64,000 nt of DNA from an uncultured Pseudomonadales bacterium (GCA_964422035.1 CAYQZQ010000001.1:441013-505012), one strand, 5' to 3'. Numbered from the stretch's first letter, positions 17,350-26,991 are shown. Notes: generated by a model from the letters alone, not told the origin. Numbers and translations: made by a program.

Positions 17350-18396
17350 TTAACCAACTTCAATTACACTAATCACAGTTCCAACTATGAGTACTGTACT
17401 AGCTCTGGTCAAAGTTGTGACTCGAGGACCAGTCTTAACAAAGCCTTCAATGATTCTTAAGATTAAAGTGTGCGAAAGATAGATAATATAAGAGTATTGA
17501 CCAACTTTAGATAATATTTTTGATAAAAAAAGTTTTTTGCTAAATAGAGACTTTCCATAAATAATGATGATGCTGGTAAAGCTAATCGAATACAAAAAGA
17601 CAGGGATTCTAATAAAACTAGTGGCAAAGACTATATCACCAGTTCGGGCTAATAGCAGATGGCTATCGTAGATTGACCAAAATAAACTTGCAATGCAGGC
17701 TGCGATTAAAATGAGACTTGCTTTAGGATTTGTTTTCAGTGGTTTGAGATTGGTTTGAGCGAGAAAAACTCCGAAGAAGAAGTAAAAGATCCAGTTAATT
17801 ATTAAACGATATTGAATTTGATCGCTGATTAGATATCGACCAATTGGAATTTGTTTAACAATAAGATAGCGTAACAATAAAAACCAACCAAATTGGATAA
17901 TAGCACTGAGGCCAATCAAACGTTTTAGAAGCGGGCTACTCGCAGTTTTCGACCCAAATATGGAGAATAGAAAATAAAATTGAAAAATTAAAAAAATAAA
18001 ATAAAAATGATAGTCGGCTTGGCCGAGAATTAAACTTTGGATAAACCCAGCTTCAATACCTGATGACCAGGTTCTGCTTAAATTTAATAGGACAAATAAT
18101 AGCAAGGACCACAAGAAATAAAGCGGTAATATTTTTTTTGCTCTTGCTAGGATAAACTTTTTCTTAGCTAAAGTTTTATGTTGATACTTTTTGGCTAGTC
18201 CAAAGCCGGATAAGGATAAGAAGAGTGGAACGCTGAATCGTAGGGATTGATTGAGAGAAATAGATAAATGCTTATAAGGAAAATTAAAGTAAATTGAATC
18301 GTCGAAAAGAGAAAGGGTGTGTAGTATAACTACGGCTATGATAGCCAGAGCTTTGGCAATGAACACTATTTGTTTTTCAGGCAACCATCTTTTCAT
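17350..18396 (-). CDS. Acyltransferase family 3-like integral membrane protein
   Basis: 348 aa with about 10 TM helices. The N-terminal VFIAKALAIIAVVILHT resembles the acyltransferase_3 opening motif. Confidence 0.5.
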   Translation of the reverse strand: MKRWLPEKQIVFIAKALAIIAVVILHTLSLFDDSIYFNFPYKHLSISLNQSLRFSVPLFLSLSGFGLAKKYQHKTLAKKKFILARAKKILPLYFLWSLLLFVLLNLSRTWSSGIEAGFIQSLILGQADYHFYFIFLIFQFYFLFSIFGSKTASSPLLKRLIGLSAIIQFGWFLLLRYLIVKQIPIGRYLISDQIQYRLIINWIFYFFFGVFLAQTNLKPLKTNPKASLILIAACIASLFWSIYDSHLLLARTGDIVFATSFIRIPVFLYSISFTSIIIIYGKSLFSKKLFLSKILSKVGQYSYIIYLSHTLILRIIEGFVKTGPRVTTLTRASTVLIVGTVISVIEVG

Positions 18397-18450
18397 TAAT
18401 TATAAGGATATCAAATTTTATTTTTATTATAAATATATAAATTATGGTTA

Positions 18451-18472
18451 GATTGTGACCCACGGGGAATTC
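18451..18472. repeat. Partial duplicate of the tRNA-Glu 3' end (gattgtgacccacggggaattc)
   Basis: Shares the exact 9-mer attgtgacc and a similar continuation with the tRNA 3' end at 18632..18655. An 8-bp palindrome GCATTACTcAGTAATGC follows it. Confidence 0.35.
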
Positions 18473-18600
18473 ATTGCTCGCATTACTCAGTAATGCTCCC
18501 AGTACTTCTCAGGTTCACATGCATTGATAAGTTCTGAATGTATGTTCACTTGAAGGTCGGAACAAGGGTCTTCCTCCAACCATGAGGTGATAATAATAAG

Positions 18601-18627
18601 AAAAGCCAGCTCTTTGAGCTGGCTTTT
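18601..18627 (-). terminator. Rho-independent terminator (bidirectional hairpin) downstream of tRNA-Glu
   Basis: AAAAGCCAGCTC-TTTG-AGCTGGCTTTT: a perfect 9-bp GC-rich stem flanked by A and T runs on both sides. Confidence 0.65.
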
Positions 18628-18635
18628 AATTATTG

Positions 18636-18710
18636 TGACCCCACCGGGATTCGAACCCGGGTTACCAGGATGAGAACCTGGCGTCCTAGACCAGACTAGA
18701 CGATGGGGCC
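18636..18710 (-). tRNA. tRNA-Glu (anticodon CTC)
   Basis: Reverse complement is GGCCCCATCGTCTAGTCTGGTCTAGGACGCCAGGTTCTCATCCTGGTAACCCGGGTTCGAATCCCGGTGGGGTCA. Acceptor GGCCCCA pairs with TGGGGTC. Anticodon stem CCAGG/CCTGG with loop TTCTCAT. T-arm CCGGG-TTCGAAT-CCCGG. Confidence 0.85.
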
Positions 18711-18759
18711 AAGACCACTTAATTATAGCATTTGAGGCTGTTGTGATAGAATCTATATC

Positions 18760-19611
18760 ATGAGTTTGTTGGGATACATCATTTTATTTTCTATACTAGG
18801 CGGCGTTCTTTCACTGGCTGGCGGTATTGCCATGCTGATCTGGCAGGATAAATTGATGAGCCAGGTGTGTGGTTTGACCAGCTTTGCAGCAGGAGTTTTG
18901 ATTGCAGTTTCAGTGTTGGATTTATTGCCAGAAGCATTTGCATTGGGAGACAGTCAGTTGGTGGGCTTTTCTGTATTGGCGGGTATATTGTTTTTGTATG
19001 TTTTGGAGAAAAGCAGTGTCTGGTGGCACCATCACCATGAGACAGATATTCAACCGGAAATCGTGGGAGTGTTTTTGGGAGATAGTCTTCATAATCTGGT
19101 TGACGGCTTGGCAATTGGAGCGGCTTTTTTGATCAGTGTGCCGGCAGGAATTGCAACAGCAGTAGCGGTAGGAATGCATGAATTGCCTCAGGAGATTGCT
19201 GATTTCTCTTTGTATATTAAGGCAGGCTTTAAAAAAACAACCACCCTTTCACTTAACTTAGTTTCTTCTTTGATGACTTTGGCTGGCTCTCTATTAGTAT
19301 ACTTTTTACGAGATAGCATCCAGGGAGCAGAGGTTTACATGCTGGCTTTAACAGCAGGAATGTTTTTATATATTGCTTTGGCTGACTTACTACCAGAACT
19401 ACATGAACACGAACATGAAAAAAGAACCGGCAAGGAGTTGTTGATCTTTGTTCTGGGAATGGCGCTGGTGTTTGTAAGCATGAGAGCTTTAGGAGAACAA
19501 GCACACAGCCATGGTGAAAGTCATGAACACGAACATGAGGAAGAAGTGTATCAACAAGAAGACCACCACGAAGAGGTGCATCAGGAAGACCACCACGAAG
19601 AGATACATTAA
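18760..19611 (+). CDS. zupT: ZIP-family divalent metal (zinc) transporter with a His-rich C-terminal extension
   Basis: HNLVDGLAIGAAF and GMHELPQEIADF ZIP signatures. The C-terminal tail is HEHEHEK...HSHGESHEHEHEE..HHEEVHQEDHHEEIH. Confidence 0.85.
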   Translation: MSLLGYIILFSILGGVLSLAGGIAMLIWQDKLMSQVCGLTSFAAGVLIAVSVLDLLPEAFALGDSQLVGFSVLAGILFLYVLEKSSVWWHHHHETDIQPEIVGVFLGDSLHNLVDGLAIGAAFLISVPAGIATAVAVGMHELPQEIADFSLYIKAGFKKTTTLSLNLVSSLMTLAGSLLVYFLRDSIQGAEVYMLALTAGMFLYIALADLLPELHEHEHEKRTGKELLIFVLGMALVFVSMRALGEQAHSHGESHEHEHEEEVYQQEDHHEEVHQEDHHEEIH

Positions 19612-19630
19612 GAACTGGAAAGATAAAGGA

Positions 19631-20218
19631 TTAATCGTAGTAAGAGAGAGCCTGATGATAGCCGACTTGAGCAACTTGATTGAAGTCGATACTTTCCTGT
19701 AGTTGTGGATTAGTTTCGATTAAGACAGCAAATAAAAATGCCTGAATGTCTTTCATCTGGAAGGTGTTGGGTCTAACTTGATGATTCTTTTCAATAGGAG
19801 TTGTGTAGTCAAAATCACCGTTGTGGAGCCCGTTGTGATGAGGACAGCACAAAGTAATTGAGTTTTTGGGGCTTTTGATGAAAGAACGAAGATCTTTTTT
19901 TACTTTTTTGGAGAGTCTTTTATCTATTTGTTGGATTTGTTTATATGTCTCCTGCCAGGTTAATTTTAAAATGTCAACGTAAAGACTGGAGCCGGGCTGG
20001 TAGTGATCTTTGCCGTTGGCTATGCTTTCAGGAATGATGTGGTGGGCAACCATATTGGTGTCTTGACAACCTTCAAGCTGGCAAGTTTTATCTCTAATAA
20101 TCGTTTTGTTGCGAACAGATGAGGAGAAAGAAGACTGGGAAAGCTCATAAGCGGCGAAAGTGGCAAGAGCAGGAAGAGCCCATCGAGAAATTTTCTTGGG
20201 CAGTTCTGATCGGCTCAT
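19631..20218 (-). CDS. HNH endonuclease-domain protein with an N-terminal signal/anchor
   Basis: HNH core: MVAHHIIPESIANG...N...LCCPHHNGLHNG, with a Cys pair CQLEGC upstream. The N-terminal hydrophobic segment is ALPALATFAAY. Confidence 0.6.
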   Translation of the reverse strand: MSRSELPKKISRWALPALATFAAYELSQSSFSSSVRNKTIIRDKTCQLEGCQDTNMVAHHIIPESIANGKDHYQPGSSLYVDILKLTWQETYKQIQQIDKRLSKKVKKDLRSFIKSPKNSITLCCPHHNGLHNGDFDYTTPIEKNHQVRPNTFQMKDIQAFLFAVLIETNPQLQESIDFNQVAQVGYHQALSYYD

Positions 20219-20320
20219 AAATATAGTTTTTACAGTTTTTAAAACTAAAAATCAATCCTATAAATTAAGATTAGGAATGGTTATAATAATAGATTGTTAA
20301 TTGATTGATATACTAACTTT

Positions 20321-21577
20321 ATGAGCAAATATAGAAAAATCGGCCAAAAGATGAGTCAGATGAGAGCACTGCCCCAAAAACAGGCTCCCTCTGATGCAGA
20401 CACTATCAATCACAAGCTTTTAGTACAAGCGGGGTTTGTAAGACAGTTGATGGCAGGGGTATATAGCTACTTACCACTGGGACTGCGGGTTTTGAATAAG
20501 ATTGATGACGTTGTTCGCGAAGAGATGGATAAGATAGGCGGCCAAGAGCTTTTGATGCCTATTTTGCATCCGGCTCGTATTTGGAAACAGACCGGTGGTT
20601 GGGACAGTATTGATGTTTTATTTAAGGTGAAATCACGTACTGATAAAGAGTACGCTTTAGGTCAGAGCCAAGAAGAGGTGGTGACTCCCCTTTTGGGTGA
20701 GTTTATTCAAAGTTATCGAGACTTGCCGGTAGCGGTTTATCACATTCAATGGAAATTTAGAGATGAGCTTAGAGCCAAGTCAGGGATACTGCGCGGTCGG
20801 GAGTTTGAGATGAAAGACATGTATAGCTTCCATGAAACTCAAGAAGACTTTGAGGAGTTCTATGAGATTGTAAAAAAGGCATACTTGAAAGTTTTTAAGA
20901 AGTTTGGACTAGTGGCAAAAGCAACCGAAGCAGCTGGTGGCAACTTTACTGACAAGATTAGTTATGAGTTTATGGTGCTTACAGACGCAGGAGAAGATGA
21001 CATTTTGTACTGCCCTGTCTGTGAGTTTTGCGTAAACCAGGAGATTGCAGATGTTAAAGAAGGCGCTTCTTGCCCTAACTGTGAAGAAGGGTATTTAGAT
21101 CAAGCAGTAGCTAGTGAGGTAGGGAATGTATTTGATATCGGCAGTAAATACAGCAAAGACTTTAATATCACCTTTACTGATAAAAACGGTGAGAAAAAAC
21201 ACCCGGTGATGGGATGCTATGGCATTGGAACCAGTAGAACAATGGGAGTGGTGGTAGAGAAGTTTAATGACAAGAAAGGTATTGTCTGGCCTGAATTGAT
21301 AGCTCCTTTTAAGGTTCATTTGATTGACATCGACCAAAACAAGGAAGCAGAAAATCTTTATGACCTTTTAGTTGAAGAAGAAATTGAGGTCTTGTGGGAT
21401 GACAGAGATGAAAGTGTGGGTGCCAAGTTTGCTGATGCGGAGCTGATTGGAAACCCATGGCGAGTGGTGATTAGTGAGAAAAGCTTAAAAAAGGGAGGAG
21501 TGGAGTTGAAACGACGCGGAGAGGAAGAGGTTAAGATAATTAACGAAGGCGAGTTAATAGAGAGAATGCATGATTAA
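20321..21577 (+). CDS. proS: Prolyl-tRNA synthetase (compact form)
   Basis: Class II motif 2 FRDELRAKSGILRGREFEMKDMYSF. A Zn-ribbon insert CPVCEFC...CPNCEEG. The C-terminal anticodon-binding domain is present. Confidence 0.85.
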   Translation: MSKYRKIGQKMSQMRALPQKQAPSDADTINHKLLVQAGFVRQLMAGVYSYLPLGLRVLNKIDDVVREEMDKIGGQELLMPILHPARIWKQTGGWDSIDVLFKVKSRTDKEYALGQSQEEVVTPLLGEFIQSYRDLPVAVYHIQWKFRDELRAKSGILRGREFEMKDMYSFHETQEDFEEFYEIVKKAYLKVFKKFGLVAKATEAAGGNFTDKISYEFMVLTDAGEDDILYCPVCEFCVNQEIADVKEGASCPNCEEGYLDQAVASEVGNVFDIGSKYSKDFNITFTDKNGEKKHPVMGCYGIGTSRTMGVVVEKFNDKKGIVWPELIAPFKVHLIDIDQNKEAENLYDLLVEEEIEVLWDDRDESVGAKFADAELIGNPWRVVISEKSLKKGGVELKRRGEEEVKIINEGELIERMHD

Positions 21578-22316
21578 CCTGTGGGGAGTTAAATTTAAAC
21601 TGTACGGAGTTTTGATTGGTGTAGGGATATGGCTGGCGTGGGAGATGAGTTTGTGGGCAGGTAAGAAGCTTAATATAAGTGAAAAAATAATGGATGAGGC
21701 TTTGTGGTGGGTTTTGATACCGGGCATCATTGGCGCCAGAGCGTATCACGTTTCTTATTTGTGGAGTTTTTATAGTCAGGAGCCAATGAGAATTTTTAAG
21801 ATCTGGCAGGGGGGAGTAGGAATATGGGGAGCAGTGGCAGGAGGATTGGTTGGACTGATTTTATACTGGAAGTTAAAAGTTAAGGGAGAGGTTAAAATTT
21901 TGAATCTTTTAGATGCTAGTGTGGTGGGAGTGCCGTTGGCCCAATCAATTGGGCGGTGGGGAAACCTGGCTAACAATGAACTGTGGGGAAGAGTGACTGA
22001 TTTGCCTTGGGGTGTAGTAAGAGAAGGAGTAAAAGTCCACCCTCTGTTTTTATATGAATCAATACTTAGCTTAGCTCTATTTGGCGGCCTGGTTTATTTG
22101 ATTAAAAATAAAACCGGACAACTTAAAAAAGGAAGCTTGACAGGAGTTTATCTGCTTGGATATGGGGTGATCAGGTTTCTGTTGGAGCCATTACGACCAG
22201 ATCATTTGATTTGGAGAATAGGTAGTTTACCACTAGCTCAAGTTTGGGCGATGGGAGCTGTTGTTTTGGGAAGTTTGTTACTTGTCTTTAATGGCAAGAT
22301 CGATGACCTGGTCTAG
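21570..22316 (+). CDS. lgt: Prolipoprotein diacylglyceryl transferase
   Basis: Lgt signature GRWGNLANNELWG. 248 aa, polytopic. Confidence 0.85.
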   Translation: MINLWGVKFKLYGVLIGVGIWLAWEMSLWAGKKLNISEKIMDEALWWVLIPGIIGARAYHVSYLWSFYSQEPMRIFKIWQGGVGIWGAVAGGLVGLILYWKLKVKGEVKILNLLDASVVGVPLAQSIGRWGNLANNELWGRVTDLPWGVVREGVKVHPLFLYESILSLALFGGLVYLIKNKTGQLKKGSLTGVYLLGYGVIRFLLEPLRPDHLIWRIGSLPLAQVWAMGAVVLGSLLLVFNGKIDDLV

Positions 22317-24695
22317 ATTTTCCGCAAAGTGGAACTTAAGGTCTTTTTTGACTCTGTCTGGAACTTCTTCCAGATCTTTTTTGTTTTCGGCAGGCATAAT
22401 AATGTGCTTTAGTCCAGCGCGATGACCAGCGATGACTTTTTCTTTGACACCACCGATTTGCATGACACGACCTCTTAGAGAAATCTCTCCGGTCATACCA
22501 ATAAGACGATCGGCTTTTTTATCAGTTAACGATGATACCAAAGCGGCTGTGATGGCAACACCAGCTGAAGGACCGTCTTTGGGAGTGGCTCCTTCGGGAA
22601 CGTGAACGTGAATATCAAGTTCTTTGAATCTGTCTGGGTTAATATCAAAATCTTTGGCGTTGGAGCGTACGTATGAGACAGCTGCTTGAGCCGATTCTTT
22701 CATGACATCTCCTAGCTGGCCGGTTAGTTTTAGTTTTCCTTTTCCTTCCATGAGAGCTACTTCGACGAAGATGATTTCTCCTCCAGTTTGGGTGTAAGCA
22801 AGACCGGTTACGGTACCGACTCTATCCTCTTCTTCAGCTAGAGTGTGGGTATGCTTGCGAGGACCTAGATAGTCGGAAAGATTGCGAGCGGTGGCTTTGA
22901 CTGGTTTATCAACATTATCGTTTTGAGCTATTTTTTTGGCTACTTTTCTAAAGACTTTGGCGATTTGTCTTTCTAAATTTCTAACACCGGCTTCGCGGGT
23001 GTAGTTTTTGATGATGCGCTTTAGGGCAGCATCGGTGATGGCGACGTCTTTTTTGGTTAGAGCATTGGCCTTAACCTGTTTGTCAATTAAATGATTTTTG
23101 GCTATTTTGGCTTTTTCGTGATGAGTGTAACCTGAAAAACGGATGATTTCCAACCTGTCTTTTAGAGCAGGAGGAATAGTGTCTAAGACGTTGGCGGTGG
23201 TAATAAAAACGATGTTTGACAGATCAACGGGGGTGTCCATATAGTGATCCATGAAAGCAGAGTTTTGCTCAGGATCTAGAACTTCAAGTAAGGCGGATGA
23301 GGGGTCTCCTCTGTAGTCAGCACCGACTTTGTCTATCTCGTCAAGCATAATGATGGGATTGTTGGTACCAGTGTCGATAACCGACTGAACAATTCGGCCC
23401 GGCATAGCACCAACGTAAGTGCGGCGGTGGCCGCGAATGGAAGCTTCATCTCTGATGCCTCCCAAACTCATCTTGGCGAACTTACGACCGGTAGCTCTAG
23501 CGATGGAGCGACCAACAGAGGTTTTACCCACACCGGGAGGACCAACAAAACAAAGAATAGTGGGAACTGCATCGGAGCTGGTTTTTTTAGATTCTTTATT
23601 GCTTTTCTTTTTGTCCTTATCTTTGTCTTCATCTTGATTGGAGCGGTCTTTTTTTAGTTTTAGAACGGCCATGTATTCTAAGATTCTTTCTTTGACTTCT
23701 TTAAGTCCGTAGTGGTCTTGATCTAGAACTTTGGCGGCGTTATCTATTGAAACTATTGTGTCTGAAGACTCTGACCAGGGGAACTCCAACATTGTTTCTA
23801 TCCAGCTTCTGATGTAGCCATATTCAGGGTGATGTGGATTTAGTTTTGAAAGGCGGTCAAGTTCTTTAAGAGCTTTTTCCTCTGCCTTTCCGGGCATGTT
23901 TACCTCTTCAATTTTTTCTTTGAATTTTTCGATTTGATCATCTTCTGAGCCACGCTCGCCCAGTTCCTGCTGGATCATTTTCATCCGTTCACGCAGAACT
24001 CTTTCTTTCATGGTGTCGTCAAATTTCTTTTGGGTCTTGGAAGCGATTTTTTGTTCTAGTTTTAAAACTTCAATTTCTTCACTGAGGTGTTTTAAGACTA
24101 TTTGAAGCCTGTCTTTTAAGCTGGTTTCTTCCAGGATCTGCTGTTTTTCTTTGTTGTCTATATCTAAAATTGAGGCAACCTGATCAACTGTGGCGGGGTC
24201 TGAGGAGGTGTTAATGATGCGCATGAAGGTAGGGATCTCTAGATTGGTTTTACCTAAATTAACAGCTTTTTTAACCTGATTAATAAGATGTTTGATCATG
24301 GCTTTGAATTCATCGTCCTGTTTGCCTTTTTGCTCCAGTTCGTTGATGGTGGCAGTTAGGGTTTCTTCTTCTTTATTGACATCAAGGATCTTTACTCTAG
24401 TGATGCCGCGGACAATGGCATGGAGTTCACCGTTGACAGGGATAGTTTTTTGAATACGACAAAAAGTACCTACTCGATAAAGATCTTTGTCTTTTGGATC
24501 ATCTATGTCAGGTGACTTTTGAGATATAACCACCAGGAAACCCTCATCTTTGGCGGCCTTTTTAACTGATTGAATTGAGAAGTCGCGACCGAAAGAAAGA
24601 ATAGCTTCTGTGTGGGGGAAAACCACGCCTTCACGCAAGGTGACGGCGGGAACTGTTTGTGGTGATTTACCTTTTGGATTTAATAGTTTTGCCAT
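22278..24695 (-). CDS. lon: ATP-dependent Lon protease
   Basis: Lon N-domain, AAA+ domain (GPPGVGKTS, Walker B IIMLDEIDK), and protease Ser-Lys dyad (DGPSAGVAI). Carries a K/D-rich low-complexity insert. Confidence 0.95.
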   Translation of the reverse strand: MAKLLNPKGKSPQTVPAVTLREGVVFPHTEAILSFGRDFSIQSVKKAAKDEGFLVVISQKSPDIDDPKDKDLYRVGTFCRIQKTIPVNGELHAIVRGITRVKILDVNKEEETLTATINELEQKGKQDDEFKAMIKHLINQVKKAVNLGKTNLEIPTFMRIINTSSDPATVDQVASILDIDNKEKQQILEETSLKDRLQIVLKHLSEEIEVLKLEQKIASKTQKKFDDTMKERVLRERMKMIQQELGERGSEDDQIEKFKEKIEEVNMPGKAEEKALKELDRLSKLNPHHPEYGYIRSWIETMLEFPWSESSDTIVSIDNAAKVLDQDHYGLKEVKERILEYMAVLKLKKDRSNQDEDKDKDKKKSNKESKKTSSDAVPTILCFVGPPGVGKTSVGRSIARATGRKFAKMSLGGIRDEASIRGHRRTYVGAMPGRIVQSVIDTGTNNPIIMLDEIDKVGADYRGDPSSALLEVLDPEQNSAFMDHYMDTPVDLSNIVFITTANVLDTIPPALKDRLEIIRFSGYTHHEKAKIAKNHLIDKQVKANALTKKDVAITDAALKRIIKNYTREAGVRNLERQIAKVFRKVAKKIAQNDNVDKPVKATARNLSDYLGPRKHTHTLAEEEDRVGTVTGLAYTQTGGEIIFVEVALMEGKGKLKLTGQLGDVMKESAQAAVSYVRSNAKDFDINPDRFKELDIHVHVPEGATPKDGPSAGVAITAALVSSLTDKKADRLIGMTGEISLRGRVMQIGGVKEKVIAGHRAGLKHIIMPAENKKDLEEVPDRVKKDLKFHFAENLDQVIDLAIKDK

Positions 24696-24839
24696 AGAAC
24701 AGTTACTAATTATAACGGCTTTTTAGCAGAATGCAACTGACAGTGCTAAATATTACGGAGGATATAAAAACCTAACAAAACCACAGCAGCAACGGTGAGT
24801 GAGAGTAAAAGAAAGAAGAGACTGGGAGAAAAGCGTTTT

Positions 24840-25286
24840 TTATTCATTTATGTTTAGTGATTTTTGGGCTGTCCAATAATGGGCGTTGCCAAGTTTGGCG
24901 TATGCTCTGTAGTAGATGATATCAGTTTGACTGGAGAGATCGATATTGACTGAAAAACTGTCAGGTAGAAAGTACTGACCTGATTGGTAGTCTGGGGTGA
25001 AGTTGTTGTAGCCGATGGCTTGTGGTGAAGCACTGGTAGGTAAAGCGGAAGGGGTGGAAACCAAGCTCCAGTAAATACCAGTTTTGGAGGTGGTGCGGGG
25101 AACAGATGTGTTAAGCTGCCAGCTAACAGAGAGGGTGTCATCTGAGTAGCTTTGATCAGTTATCTGGATTGAGAGAGGATCTTGATCGGACTGGCCCAGT
25201 AAGGTGCGGCGCAGATCAAAAAAATGATAAAGACTAAGGACAAGAAAGAAAGCTGTGAAAGTGAAGATTGTGTATTTGTTTTTCAT
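24840..25286 (-). CDS. Secreted hypothetical protein (signal peptide, S/T-rich)
   Basis: 148 aa with an N-terminal signal sequence. No recognisable domain. Confidence 0.4.
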   Translation of the reverse strand: MKNKYTIFTFTAFFLVLSLYHFFDLRRTLLGQSDQDPLSIQITDQSYSDDTLSVSWQLNTSVPRTTSKTGIYWSLVSTPSALPTSASPQAIGYNNFTPDYQSGQYFLPDSFSVNIDLSSQTDIIYYRAYAKLGNAHYWTAQKSLNINE

Positions 25287-25727
25287 TTATAGATCTTTAC
25301 TGTCTAGAATAACGGTGACGGGACCATCATTGACTAGCTCAACGTCCATGTAGGCACCAAAAACACCGGTTTTGGTGGGAACATTCTTTTTACAGACCTC
25401 AACGAAGTGGTCGTAAAGTATTTGGGCCTTGTCAGACGAAGCGGCGGGCAAAAAGCTGGGCCTGTTGCCTTGACTGGTATCAGCATAGAGAGTGAACTGG
25501 GAGACAACAAGAAGCTCGCCTTCAACGTCTGAAAGAGAAAGATTCATCTTTTTTTGGGAGTCTGACATTAGACGAAGTTTGATGATCTTTTCAGCTAGTT
25601 TTTGGGCTGATTTTTCTGAATCATCCTTGCCTACTCCAAGTAAGATAAGATAACCAGGACCGATTTGAGATGATTGATCTGGACTGGTAACACTGGCTTT
25701 TTGAACTCTTTGGACAACGGCAATCAT
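25287..25727 (-). CDS. dtd: D-aminoacyl-tRNA deacylase
   Basis: MIAVVQRVQKASV N-terminus and the SQFTL motif. 146 aa. Confidence 0.9.
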   Translation of the reverse strand: MIAVVQRVQKASVTSPDQSSQIGPGYLILLGVGKDDSEKSAQKLAEKIIKLRLMSDSQKKMNLSLSDVEGELLVVSQFTLYADTSQGNRPSFLPAASSDKAQILYDHFVEVCKKNVPTKTGVFGAYMDVELVNDGPVTVILDSKDL

Positions 25728-25744
25728 ACAAGTAGTATAAAGGA

Positions 25745-25945
25745 TTAATCGATGAAATAGTCAGGGATGGTAAGAACTAGAAAGATGGTGTAGAAACCTA
25801 AAACAAGCCAGACTTCATAGGCCCAGAGACGGCGGGCCAGAATATCCTGACGGGAAGTTTGTAGAAAGCGCAAAGCAGCATAAGAAATACCAGAGATATA
25901 GATGCTGTGAAACAAGGTTAAAACAATTCTTTTTTTTCTTTCCAT
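25745..25945 (-). CDS. Small 2-TM membrane protein, hypothetical
   Basis: 66 aa, hydrophobic. Confidence 0.3.
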   Translation of the reverse strand: MERKKRIVLTLFHSIYISGISYAALRFLQTSRQDILARRLWAYEVWLVLGFYTIFLVLTIPDYFID

Positions 25946-25954
25946 AAAGATATT

Positions 25955-26509
25955 TTAAAGATTTGAAGGGATAAATCCAATAAGGTTTTCAACGAAGTAA
26001 CCTAAAAAGTAAGCGGTGGTAGCAGCCAGAGAGCCGATGAGCAACATTTGAAAGCCATTAAACCACCAGTGGCCTTTTATAAAAGTAGTGCGTAAACTAC
26101 CAATTATAAACATAGTGGTGGCAGTAGCAATAACTGAGATGAGAAAAGGACTGGTAATGGTTATTCCAACAAAGGAAGCTGTAAAAGGAAGCAGCGGCAG
26201 AGAGCCAGCTAAAACGAAACTTGTAAAAGTAACTAGTCCTGTCTGCCAGACAGGACTTAAGCCAGCTGTTGAGCGTTTGTTGGTTTGTTTAAGCTGCCTT
26301 TGGGACTGTTCGCCTAAGAAATCACTAGCCCCCATGGAAAGGCCATCAGCTACAAGATTGGAAATGCCCAGTATTAAAACAACTGCAGCTGGCAGTTTGG
26401 CTCCGGTGGAGCCAGCAACAACTGCAAAAGTGGTGATGATACCATCACTGGCACCGTATACGGCTGCACGCAAGTTTCTACTGAGGTTTTTAAAATCGTT
26501 TTGATTCAT
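25955..26509 (-). CDS. VIT1/CCC1-family iron/manganese transporter (short form)
   Basis: AAVYGASDGIITTFAVVAGSTGA motif plus C-terminal TM helices. Confidence 0.65.
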   Translation of the reverse strand: MNQNDFKNLSRNLRAAVYGASDGIITTFAVVAGSTGAKLPAAVVLILGISNLVADGLSMGASDFLGEQSQRQLKQTNKRSTAGLSPVWQTGLVTFTSFVLAGSLPLLPFTASFVGITITSPFLISVIATATTMFIIGSLRTTFIKGHWWFNGFQMLLIGSLAATTAYFLGYFVENLIGFIPSNL

Positions 26510-26991
26510 CTTTGGATATCAAAAGATATATAAAGATACCAAGCGCCTAAAAGCAACATATAGATGTTGGCTATCCACAAAAGCAGTAGGGCATTGGAAT
26601 AGAAAACTTGAGGAATAAGAGCTAGGGAGTAGGTTAAGGCCAGAACCGGCAACCAGGCCAGAATCGCAGCAGTTTGCAGCTGACAGGAGTTGATTTTATT
26701 TGGCTTGACAATAAAAAACGTTTGCCAGAAGGCAAAAATAATGAAGCCTATCCCCAAAAGCAACCAGAAAGAATAAGGAAGTTGAAAATAAGGAGTGAAG
26801 AAGGAAAAAAATAAATTAGGCCTGGCAAGAAAAAAAACGCCTAAAAACCAGTTTAAGAAAGAATCATAACGAATTATTTTATGGGTTAGATCTTTTTTAT
26901 TTGTTTTGGTCATTGTCTTTATAATACTGGCTGCCTTTAATTTTGTCAGGTAAGAGATCGGATTTGTCGTATTTTTTGTATCCTTTTCCAT
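26506..26991 (-). CDS. Hypothetical integral membrane protein (true start probably internal, downstream of the rarA stop)
   Basis: 161-aa ORF that overlaps the 3' end of rarA by ~95 nt. The C-terminal part is hydrophobic. Confidence 0.35.
   Translation of the reverse strand: MEKDTKNTTNPISYLTKLKAASIIKTMTKTNKKDLTHKIIRYDSFLNWFLGVFFLARPNLFFSFFTPYFQLPYSFWLLLGIGFIIFAFWQTFFIVKPNKINSCQLQTAAILAWLPVLALTYSLALIPQVFYSNALLLLWIANIYMLLLGAWYLYISFDIQR

Noticed and set aside
18760-19611. Long ORFs overlapping the ZIP transporter on both strands (18791..19114, 18922..19179, 19253..19504)
   Set aside because: The ZIP signatures are unambiguous in the plus frame. The overlapping ORFs are Cys/Arg-rich nonsense typical of antisense translation.
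23419-23657. Antisense ORFs inside lon, and similar opposite-strand ORFs within the ABC ATPase, the YeeE-like gene and the histidine kinase
   Set aside because: They lie within strongly supported genes on the other strand and have no RBS or domain signal.
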